64,000 bases of DNA from Verrucomicrobiaceae bacterium (lineage in GTDB: Bacteria; Verrucomicrobiota; Verrucomicrobiia; Chthoniobacterales; Chthoniobacteraceae), in the NCBI GenBank assembly GCA_031374705.1, contig JANMGP010000353.1, positions 11,099 through 75,098 on the forward strand, written 5' to 3'. The position numbers were made by a program, and so were the translations under genes. This document shows, piece after piece, positions 56,503 to 64,000 of the stretch; positions within the stretch are counted from its first letter, which is position 1, and each line of letters starts with the position of its first letter. The notes under the pieces were generated by a model. That model saw nothing but the letters and a program-made list of their open reading frames with translations, made no database searches and was not told the DNA's origin.

Positions 56503-56580
56503 GGAACCCGCGTTGCCGACGAACGAAAAATGGCTTTCGGAGGCCGCATCCAGCGGAAGCAAACCACCATCACAGGAGGT

Positions 56581-57150
56581 TCACCGCGCCGGATAAAGCT
56601 CCGGCATTAATAGCGGACGCAAAACGTCCGGCGTGAGGTCCCGCGGGAGTGGCTGCCATGGGTAGCGGTCTCTTGATACTTTCGCCCACGCGAGGACGCC
56701 GCATCCTCTCCAAGGATCGAGAGCGATTCCATCTTCAAACCGCTGGCCTCTTGCAGTGATGACAATGCAGTTGTGCTCGAACCTCGTCGCCCTCCGCGCG
56801 GACGCAAGATGCAGGTCGATGGTCTTGAGTTTTAGTGCGTGCAAGTGAGGAAACAAGTCCTCCTGCCAATGGTAGCAGAGTCCGCGTTTTCGCAGACCCG
56901 AATTTACCAGACTATTGTTAATCCACGCGATCGGCACGGGCTTGAACTCGCGGGCAAGACCGGCGGACGACTCGACCGCAGTGTGCGCGAGGTTGCCGGC
57001 TTCCCCGGCGTCGATTTTCGGACTGAGCTGACGAATCTCGCGGCTGAGTCTGCGTATCCGTTCCTGCCTTTGTTCCGCCGTGCCGAGGTTGACGCACGAG
57101 GCCAGAAAAAGCGGGAGAAGCAGAGCGGCAAGACGCAAGTGATCGATCAT
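56581..57150 (-). CDS. hypothetical lipoprotein
   Basis: MIDHLRLAALLLPLFLASC has a lipobox (L-F-L-A-S-C). 189 aa with no other motif. Confidence 0.6.
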   Translation of the reverse strand: MIDHLRLAALLLPLFLASCVNLGTAEQRQERIRRLSREIRQLSPKIDAGEAGNLAHTAVESSAGLAREFKPVPIAWINNSLVNSGLRKRGLCYHWQEDLFPHLHALKLKTIDLHLASARRATRFEHNCIVITARGQRFEDGIALDPWRGCGVLAWAKVSRDRYPWQPLPRDLTPDVLRPLLMPELYPAR

Positions 57151-57232
57151 CGAATGTAGTGCAGAGCACCACTATTCCGATGACTCCTGATTTGATAAAG
57201 CTCAATTGCGTTTCAAGAACCGAACGAGGGCA

Positions 57233-57262
57233 GGCCATTGGCAGTGATGGCTGCCAATGACC
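57233..57262 (-). terminator. hairpin downstream of the 949-aa gene (possible terminator)
   Basis: GGcCATTGGCAG-tgatgg-CTGCCAATGaCC: a 9-bp perfect core plus 2 GC pairs. The tail on the minus strand is only weakly U-rich. Confidence 0.35.
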
Positions 57263-57298
57263 TTGCGGAGCGAACGATGCCCGGGCTGTATCGCAAGC

Positions 57299-60148
57299 TT
57301 ACGGGATGTTCACGCGGATGATCGCGTTTGATTTGTCCGTGAAGTTCACGAGCGCGGTGACGTTGGCGGCGTTGTTGTAGCTGCGCGGGGTGCTGAGGAC
57401 GCCTTTTACGTTGGAGAGCATGGTGAATTTCTTCACGGTGTATTCTCCGAGTTCGTCGCCGTTGCGCAGGAGTTGGCGGAGGACGCCATCGCTGTCGGCG
57501 CCCCACAGTCCGAGGTTGTTTTTGCCGTTCGCGCCGGTTCCTTTCACGCTGGCGAGGAAGATGGGCGAGCTGTTCAGTCCGCCGGGGAGGGCGAAGCTTT
57601 TGATCGCGGTGAACTTTTGCGGGAGCGTGAAGCCTGCGCCGTCCGGGACATCGCCACCGGTGCGGGCGATGATAGTTGCACCTTGGTAGAGAACGGTGCT
57701 GTTGGCCCCCGTGACGCCGGTTCCTTTGATTTTCGCGAGGAATGCGTAGGTGCTCAGGTTGTTGGAAACTGGGTCGCTGAAGCTGACGTATCTGGCGTTC
57801 GCGATATTTGATGCAGGGCCGTTTTCGCGGACGACGATGCTGTTCACGATTCCGCCAATGTTGCTGGCAACGATTGCGGTGTCATCCGCCGATGTGACAC
57901 CACCAAGTTTTGGCGCAAGCGCGCCCAGCACGACTTGGCTGTAGCCATTGCTGTTGGCCCCATATGGGCCGAACGATTTCCATTTCGCTCCCATCGAGAT
58001 GACGGCGGCATCTTGGCCACTCGTGGCGACGGCGGTCGCGACGCCTGCATTGGTGATGCTGACGACGGCGGTGCGTTTGTCGGCGAGGGTGACGTTTGCA
58101 ACGGTGCGCAGGCTGCCGTGGTAGCGACCTTGTCCAGGCGATGTTTTCGGCGGCGTGAAGACGCTCATTTTCTTCACGGTGGATGCGACGCCGTCCGCGG
58201 TGATCATTTGTCCGGGCTTGAGCAGAGCGGTTCCGCCGCCGCTCGTGAGGCTGTAGAGGACGGTGTTTTTCTCCGCGCCGGCGACGTTGATGAGCGCGAC
58301 GAGTTGCCCGTTTTGCAGCGAAATGTTGGCGACGGATTTCAGCAACACTCCGGCGGTGAGGCCGGGGACTTGTTTGCCGGTTTGTAGGGCGACGTTGAGA
58401 TTTCCGTTGACGGTGTTTGTCCACACACCAGCGGATTCTCCGCCGGGCACGCCGCTGATTTTTGCGGTGAATGCGTAGGTGCCGTTTGGTGCGGAGACGG
58501 GGTCGCCGAACGATTTGAAAAGCGCACTCGCTACCCCAGGCGCGGACTGGCCCTCCATCGCGGTGATGAGGTTTCCGCCGGAGCCGTCTTGCGGCAAAAT
58601 GGCGGCGAATTTCTTCTTCCCGTCCTTCGCGGTGAGGCGAACGACGATGCCTCCGTCATCGGCTGTCGCAGGCGTGCCGATTGCGGATGCGACTGCTGCG
58701 GTGAGGCCGGGGCCATAGACGGGGTCGCCGTCTGCGAGCAGAAAGTGACCGTATTTGACGGTGACCATCTCGAAGTTTGCGCTCGGGGCGGCCTTCCTCG
58801 CCGTGCCGACGACGACGACATCGCCGCCGCCATCGACTGCGACGGCGCGCGCGTCGTCAACGCCGCTATCAGCGTCGCCATTGAGCCGCTGCCGCCATAG
58901 GATGTTGCCGGTCACGCCGTCGAACTTCACCGTGAGGAAGTCATCGCTCGTCGTGGTCGGGGCGAAATACGATGTGCCGGTGACGACGACGTTGCCCGCG
59001 CCGTCCACGACCATGGCATTCACGTTGTCCGTGACGGATGTACCTGCCGGGCTGCCTGCGGGAACGTCGGTGTTGTTTTGCCAGACGACTGCGCCGGTGG
59101 AGGCTGCGTACTTTGCAGCGTAATAGACGACCCTAAAATTATCCAGCGTCGCCGTGCCGGCGATGAGCGCATTGCCCTGCAAATCCGTGCCGATGAATGG
59201 CGTGTCGAGCGAGTTTCCGCCGGGCGCTGTGTAGCGCCGGGACCAACGTGGGGCACCGCCAGTAGCGGGATATTTGATGGTGTGATACGAGTAAGCCGCA
59301 GCGCTCGTATCGCGCGAAGAACCCGTCACCAGCACAGCGCCCGTCGGGTCCAGCGCATCGCCCGGAGCGACCGCGACGCTCGTCGCCACATCGTCATCGC
59401 TTTGCACAGTTTTGTCGTAAGTCTCATCCCACTGCACCGTGCCGTTCGAACCCTGGTAGCGCACGGTGTAGAAGCAGAAATCCGAACCGACGCGCGATTT
59501 CCCGACGACGACGACATCGCCATTCTCGGCGACTGCGAGCGCATTCGGGACATCAGGAAACGACGTACTGTAGCGCTTCCCGCCGCCCCACTGGTCAGTC
59601 CCGGCGGCGTTGTATTTGATCGTAAAAAAATCGTCCTGAGCCCCGAAGGATTTGCCGGTGACGATCACGTTGTCGCTCGAATCCACGACGAGCGCGGTGA
59701 TTTCATCGCCCCCGTTTTGGTTGGCATTGTTGTAGCGGCGCGCCCATGTCTCGTTCCCATCTGCCGCCGCGTATTTGATCGTATAAAAATCACGCCCATT
59801 TGCGCCGGTCGTGAATCCACCGACGAGGACGTTGCCTTGACTGTCGGTCGCGATCGCTTTCGGCTGATCGTCGCCACCGCCGCCTGAATACGTCTTCTCC
59901 CACATCTTCGCGCCGGTGAGTCCGTCGTACTTCGCGGTGTACCAAGTGTCGTTGCCGCCGCTCACGTCGTTGTAGCCTGTCACGAAGACGTTGCCGCGTT
60001 TGTCCGTAGTCACGGCGACGCCGCGTTCCGTGGTCGTGGTGGATGCGGCGTTCTGCCGTTGCCCCCAAGCGATATAATTGCGCTCGGCGGATGCGGTGGA
60101 TGCGAGCGCGAGAGCGCAGGCGGTGATGATGCTGTATGTGTTTTTCAT
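57299..60148 (-). CDS. secreted beta-propeller (SBBP-like) repeat protein with a repeated C-terminal region
   Basis: Signal peptide MKNTYSIITACALALASTASA. At least 8 repeats of the G(N/D)V(F/V/I)VTG-type blade motif with interspersed Y..KY / T.KY. The C-terminal half shows about 4 repeats around (K)SFGDPVS...YAF.AKI.G. Confidence 0.8.
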   Translation of the reverse strand: MKNTYSIITACALALASTASAERNYIAWGQRQNAASTTTTERGVAVTTDKRGNVFVTGYNDVSGGNDTWYTAKYDGLTGAKMWEKTYSGGGGDDQPKAIATDSQGNVLVGGFTTGANGRDFYTIKYAAADGNETWARRYNNANQNGGDEITALVVDSSDNVIVTGKSFGAQDDFFTIKYNAAGTDQWGGGKRYSTSFPDVPNALAVAENGDVVVVGKSRVGSDFCFYTVRYQGSNGTVQWDETYDKTVQSDDDVATSVAVAPGDALDPTGAVLVTGSSRDTSAAAYSYHTIKYPATGGAPRWSRRYTAPGGNSLDTPFIGTDLQGNALIAGTATLDNFRVVYYAAKYAASTGAVVWQNNTDVPAGSPAGTSVTDNVNAMVVDGAGNVVVTGTSYFAPTTTSDDFLTVKFDGVTGNILWRQRLNGDADSGVDDARAVAVDGGGDVVVVGTARKAAPSANFEMVTVKYGHFLLADGDPVYGPGLTAAVASAIGTPATADDGGIVVRLTAKDGKKKFAAILPQDGSGGNLITAMEGQSAPGVASALFKSFGDPVSAPNGTYAFTAKISGVPGGESAGVWTNTVNGNLNVALQTGKQVPGLTAGVLLKSVANISLQNGQLVALINVAGAEKNTVLYSLTSGGGTALLKPGQMITADGVASTVKKMSVFTPPKTSPGQGRYHGSLRTVANVTLADKRTAVVSITNAGVATAVATSGQDAAVISMGAKWKSFGPYGANSNGYSQVVLGALAPKLGGVTSADDTAIVASNIGGIVNSIVVRENGPASNIANARYVSFSDPVSNNLSTYAFLAKIKGTGVTGANSTVLYQGATIIARTGGDVPDGAGFTLPQKFTAIKSFALPGGLNSSPIFLASVKGTGANGKNNLGLWGADSDGVLRQLLRNGDELGEYTVKKFTMLSNVKGVLSTPRSYNNAANVTALVNFTDKSNAIIRVNIP

Positions 60149-60175
60149 TGGATGGTTTGTTGTTTGGATTTCTGC

Positions 60176-60538
60176 TTAAGCGGCCTGTGCGAATTGCATG
60201 TTCCGATGGCCGGATCTCTTGAGGGCGTCGGTAACTGCGAGGAACAGCCCTGCGTCCGTCGCCATGCACGAGAGGGTGTTTGAAAGGTCTGTGGTCATGA
60301 GTTCGCTGCTGAATGTCCCCGACGCCCGGAGTAGCATTTCCGTGCGTTCGCGATGGGTGAGCGTGGCAATGGACTCGATCCATTGGGCAAGACCCGTTAC
60401 AAGCATGATGTCGTTGGCGCAAGTAGCGACGAGTGAGTCGCTCCGTCCTTTGTCCCCGCCGAAGAGCGAGCGGATTCCGCTAATGATGCGCGCTGTGAAG
60501 TTCGCCGCGTTGTCGTGTGTGTTGTGCGTTGTTTGCAT
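60176..60538 (-). CDS. hypothetical protein (120 aa), 27 nt upstream of the beta-propeller gene
   Basis: ORF 60176..60574 trimmed to ATG 60538 (MQTTHNTHDNAANF...). Predicted helical. No motif recognised. Confidence 0.45.
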   Translation of the reverse strand: MQTTHNTHDNAANFTARIISGIRSLFGGDKGRSDSLVATCANDIMLVTGLAQWIESIATLTHRERTEMLLRASGTFSSELMTTDLSNTLSCMATDAGLFLAVTDALKRSGHRNMQFAQAA

Positions 60539-61105
60539 GGGCCGACCGTGCGCCCAATTCCAAAATCGCACCATACGACTAAAGGCGGATACTGAAGGAC
60601 GCCGCGTATCCGACTAAAGTCCTATATACAGCGTCTGGAGCGGGGCGGTGCGTCCGGAAGGCACCCGAAAAAAGCCCCGCCGCTGGCGTGTCGGGCACCG
60701 CGGGAGCGAACGGGCGTGCTACTAAGGCCGGTGCCGCGGAAAACGGCAGTGAATCGAGGAGGGAGGGAGGTGCTGACGGGGCTCGCGAGTCACGGGATTT
60801 GCTTTGCATCGCCAGACACTTGGCAAGACAGGATCTGACCGGGACCGGAGCCCGCGGCTCCCACTCTTGTCTGCGCAAACGATGGTGAGGATTGTGCAAG
60901 AAATGATGAGCATCCCATCGGGAGCGCGCGTTACAGTGAGTCATGAATACGTTCAGGAAATCCTCGGGAAGCGCACGCCCGTTCGATCTTCGTGCGGCTG
61001 GGTGCCTTCGCCCCGGAGCGTCCCGTTTTGTAGAGTGGCTGGAAACGCATCGCTCCGGCGTTTGGTGACAGAATCTCCGGCGGTGGTGGTGGACGCGATG
61101 AAGTC

Positions 61106-61732
61106 ATGGAGACCGGCGACTTCAGCTACAAACTCAGGGGCGACGAGTTCACATCCACGCTCCAGACGTTCCTGCCCGCCGTCGGCCAGCTCGTCGCCGA
61201 TGGTGGTCCTTACTACGGTTGCGCAGAAATGGACATCCTGAGCCGCATCGCGAAAGTCATCCTCACGGGCGGAGAAGGAAGCAACGTAATGGACGCGTCC
61301 GATTTCTCCGGACAGGTTGTAATGTTCGGCCTCGGCGGAAACGACATCCTGCGCGGCGGCTTTGGGAACGATTTCTTCACCGGCGGCACTGGCGACGACA
61401 TCATCAGCGGCGCTGGCGGCGGCGACACGCTCGTGGATGCCAGCGACTATCTTTTGAAACTTACCGACTTCAAGATGACGGGGCTCGGCACGGATACGCT
61501 TGACGGGATCAAGTTCTCGATTCTCACCGGCGGTGAAGGTGACGACGAGATTGATGCGTCGGGCTTCACTGGTCCGGTGATCCTCAACGGCCTCGGCGGG
61601 AACGACAAGCTCATTGGCGGTTCGGGGGCCGACATCCTGCTTGGAGGCGACGGCGACGACATCCTTATCGGCGGGAAAGGAAAGAACATCCTCCGCGGAG
61701 GGCCGGGGCGTAATGTGATTGACCACAAGTAA
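61106..61732 (+). CDS. RTX-type calcium-binding repeat protein
   Basis: Multiple hemolysin-type nonapeptides: GLGGNDILRGGFGNDFFTGGTGDDIISGAGGGDTL and GLGGNDKLIGGSGADILLGGDGDDILIGGKGKNILRGG. No N-terminal signal. Confidence 0.75.
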   Translation: METGDFSYKLRGDEFTSTLQTFLPAVGQLVADGGPYYGCAEMDILSRIAKVILTGGEGSNVMDASDFSGQVVMFGLGGNDILRGGFGNDFFTGGTGDDIISGAGGGDTLVDASDYLLKLTDFKMTGLGTDTLDGIKFSILTGGEGDDEIDASGFTGPVILNGLGGNDKLIGGSGADILLGGDGDDILIGGKGKNILRGGPGRNVIDHK

Positions 61733-61867
61733 GATGCGACCCGCGGCATTGTGTATCCCGAGGCTGCGATTTACCACAATTTTTTGCTAGCCATTCATTC
61801 GGAAAGACCGTATGCGGGGTTCGGTTTCTAAAATAGGTCTCAACAACACGTAGTTTAACCGACTCCC

Positions 61868-64000
61868 ATGAACTCTAATAATCGCAGGCTTCGTGCCTTT
61901 TTTGCTTCTCTAACTCTTGCCATTCTCTCCGGCACTCACACTCAAGCTGACGTCTTGATTAATCTCGATGCCACGAGCCTTCCGCTCGGAGGACTTCCTT
62001 CGTGGACGAACACCGGCACGGTAGGCGGCACGTTTACCGCGACCGGCGCGCCTGCCATTACAACCGTGAATGGAGTGAACGCGGTCACATTTGCCGGAAG
62101 CGGTGATTTTTTCGCCGGCCCGGCGTCGCCGCCCTCGGTCACCGGGGTGAATCCGAGCCGCAGTATCGAGGTTTGGGCGTTCAATCCGACAATTGAGTCC
62201 GAGGAAACCCTCGTCGGATGGGGCCGCCGCGGCGGACCGGACGGCACCAACATGGCATTTAATTACGGCACCAGTGGAGCGTTTGGCGCCGTGGGTCATT
62301 GGGGCGGTCAAGACATCGGCTGGTACAATGCCGGCGGCGCGCCGACTGCCGGACAGTGGCATTATCTCGTTTACACGTATGATGGCGGTGGTGCCGCCGG
62401 CGTGGGAACGACGCGGGTATATTCCGATGGCGTTTTGCTGAATACCGAGGTCGCCGGCAACCTCAACACCCATGCCGGCTTCCCGTTCGTCATCGGTGGG
62501 CAGAATAATGACGCCGGAACTCCTGCAGGGTTTAACGCCACATTGAGCATCGGGCGGGTGCGCGTGCATAACGTTACGCTTTCCGACGCACAGATCGCCG
62601 GTCAGTTTGCCACGGAATTTCCACAGTTTTTCACCCAGGCCACGGTAACCTCGGCTCGTGTTCAGGGCGAGAACTTCGTCTTTCAGGTCACAGACGCTCC
62701 GTCGAGTGTTGTTAATCCAAACACGTTTAGCATTGTCATCCCGGGAGTAACGCCGAGCCCCGGTCAGTGGGCGGTCGAAGGCGGGGAGGGTGTTGTGAAT
62801 GGCTCGATCACCAGTCCGGAAATTACGATTCCAGCCGCCGGAACGGCGACACTGAGTTTTCAACATCGTTTCAACTTCGAACTCGATCAGACACAGGCGA
62901 ATGCCTATGATGGTGGTATAGTGCAGGTGAGCATCAATGGCGGTCCTTTCCTGCAAATCGGCGATTCAAGTTTCACGCAGAATGGTTACACTCACGAGGG
63001 CGGCATCGCCGGGAACCCGCTGCTGACCATTATCGGAACTGGCGATCTTCTTGGCTTGAATGCATTCAATGGTCCCTCGGGTGGATTCATCACGAGCATC
63101 GCGACTATTCCCAGCATCGTCGCTGGTGACACGGTGAGGGTTCGATTCTTTGGGGCGTGGGATGAAGGATACACTTCAAGCGGTCCGGATTGGGAAATCC
63201 GCTCAGTGACTGTAACGTCCGGTGTATCCACGCTTATCAATGCCAATTTCGCAGCCGGTTCTTCGGGCGGATTTACCACGTCAGGCACCGCACTCGGCTC
63301 AACTTGGACGTTCAGTGACGGCACCGGTTCTGAAACAAAGAGCTACGATTTCAACAGCGGGCTGGCTCTCGCGGGCACGGTGACCTCGGGTGTCGCGACG
63401 CTGACCGGCGATGGTGGTGTGGGTGACACTGCGGCGATGCAGTTGACTGATGGTTTGAGCGCGCAGACGGGTTCGTTCTTCATCAATGATCCGGCCGCAG
63501 GCTTTACGTTGAAGTCCATGGCGGCCACCTTCAAGGTCAAGCTCACGGGCGTCACCGCGACTCCGGGCGAGGGTTTCAGTTTCGTCTGGGCGAACAACAT
63601 CAATGATACGGCCTTTGGCGAAGAGGGAATCGGAAACGGACTCGTCGTTTCATTCGATACGCACGATAACGGCGGTGCCGAGGCTCCGGCCATCGACGTA
63701 AAGTGGAACGGGGCGGTGCTGCAGCACACTCCGGTTTCCGCCGCGACTCTCTTCCAACCGGGCTTCGTTCCAGTCGCGGTGACTGTGCATTCCGATGCCT
63801 CTGTCAGCGTTAGCTTCAACGGCGCTACGATTGCAAATCATCTCCCGCTGCCCGGCTTCATCGGGATGTCCGGAGGACGGTTTGCATGGGGTGCCCGGAC
63901 CACCGCCACGTTTGGAGAGGCAGTGTTGCTTGACGACATCAACCTCTCCCTGCCGCGTTCAGGAGCCCTGACAGCGTCTAAAACCGGGGCGGTAACTACG
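61868..64000 (+). CDS. secreted LamG / lectin-like multidomain protein (C-terminus outside the window)
   Basis: ATG 61868. I checked the frame by hand and found no stop over roughly 62580-63100 and 63300-64000. It is absent from the ORF track because it runs off the edge. MNSNNRRLRAFFASLTLAILSGTHTQA is a signal peptide. LamG-type QWHYLVYTYDGG...LSIGRVRVHNVTLSDAQI. Later an L-type-lectin-like GEGFSFVWAN..GNGLVVSFDTHDN. Confidence 0.8.
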   Translation, partial: MNSNNRRLRAFFASLTLAILSGTHTQADVLINLDATSLPLGGLPSWTNTGTVGGTFTATGAPAITTVNGVNAVTFAGSGDFFAGPASPPSVTGVNPSRSIEVWAFNPTIESEETLVGWGRRGGPDGTNMAFNYGTSGAFGAVGHWGGQDIGWYNAGGAPTAGQWHYLVYTYDGGGAAGVGTTRVYSDGVLLNTEVAGNLNTHAGFPFVIGGQNNDAGTPAGFNATLSIGRVRVHNVTLSDAQIAGQFATEFPQFFTQATVTSARVQGENFVFQVTDAPSSVVNPNTFSIVIPGVTPSPGQWAVEGGEGVVNGSITSPEITIPAAGTATLSFQHRFNFELDQTQANAYDGGIVQVSINGGPFLQIGDSSFTQNGYTHEGGIAGNPLLTIIGTGDLLGLNAFNGPSGGFITSIATIPSIVAGDTVRVRFFGAWDEGYTSSGPDWEIRSVTVTSGVSTLINANFAAGSSGGFTTSGTALGSTWTFSDGTGSETKSYDFNSGLALAGTVTSGVATLTGDGGVGDTAAMQLTDGLSAQTGSFFINDPAAGFTLKSMAATFKVKLTGVTATPGEGFSFVWANNINDTAFGEEGIGNGLVVSFDTHDNGGAEAPAIDVKWNGAVLQHTPVSAATLFQPGFVPVAVTVHSDASVSVSFNGATIANHLPLPGFIGMSGGRFAWGARTTATFGEAVLLDDINLSLPRSGALTASKTGAVTT

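Noticed and set aside
56503-56580. Fluoride (crcB-motif) riboswitch upstream of the CLC-F-like gene
   Set aside because: Only loose resemblance (GAUGG ... GCUGGAUGCGGCCUCC). The spacing is too short for the P3 helix and the conserved AAAC/CUGAUGA blocks are missing. A covariance-model search would be needed to revive it.
60579-61241. ORFs 60579..60944 (minus) and 60804..61241 (plus)
   Set aside because: Their Arg/Ser/Pro-rich translations are typical of out-of-frame GC-rich DNA. The plus ORF overlaps the RTX gene out of frame.
61910-63819. Minus-strand ORFs 61910..62956, 62992..63324 and 63343..63819
   Set aside because: They are antisense shadows of the open-ended plus-strand LamG/lectin gene. 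That gene has a signal peptide, sensible domains and no stop in the stretches checked by hand (roughly 62580-63100 and 63300-64000).
1-64000. Mobile elements, prophage, tRNA or rRNA
   Set aside because: No transposase, integrase or phage-like ORFs were seen. No terminal inverted repeats flank a gene. No cloverleaf-like or rRNA-like sequence was seen in the intergenic regions inspected by eye. The AT-richer patches (1170-1890, 34310-34680) have no mobility genes.

Overview
This is a high-GC (roughly 60%) bacterial chromosomal window. The gene content fits the PVC superphylum, most likely Verrucomicrobiota. That assignment is inference from content only: a PEP-CTERM giant protein built of autotransporter-associated beta-strand repeats, PSCyt/DUF1553 and DUF1501 proteins, prepilin-type N-terminal-domain proteins, and LTD/CotH giant proteins. 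I call about 46 CDS. Roughly one third of the window is taken by four complete giant secreted proteins (1777, 2075, 2196 and 949 aa) plus a fifth, truncated one at the right edge. Between them sit housekeeping genes: dnaK, an rsuA-type pseudouridine synthase, hldC, hisG, ygfZ, a HIBADH-like dehydrogenase, a ThrC-family enzyme, a 2-oxoacid dehydrogenase E1a/E1b/E2 operon, ribBA, DUF485-actP, an RR-RR-HK set, purU and a CLC-F-type channel. I saw no rRNA, tRNA, CRISPR array, transposase or integrase. No single obvious novel multi-gene system stands out. The observations I think most deserve follow-up are these. (1) A textbook SAM-I riboswitch sits in front of the ThrC-family gene, which argues for a methionine-pathway role. 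(2) A secreted protein carries two retropepsin DTG domains fused in one chain, each preceded by an SHD1-like module. (3) A 929-bp-period tandem duplication of a pilin cassette gives each copy its own sigma-54 promoter and terminator. (4) A 34-aa bS22/AURKAIP1-like basic ORF is missing from the ORF track. (5) A 42-bp x 4.5 tandem repeat has a palindromic core. (6) All three giant secreted proteins that lack PEP-CTERM end in [VI]-P-COOH. All calls rest on motif recognition by eye, with no database search run. Start codons were trimmed from the ORF track where the N-terminal extension looked non-coding and remain uncertain.
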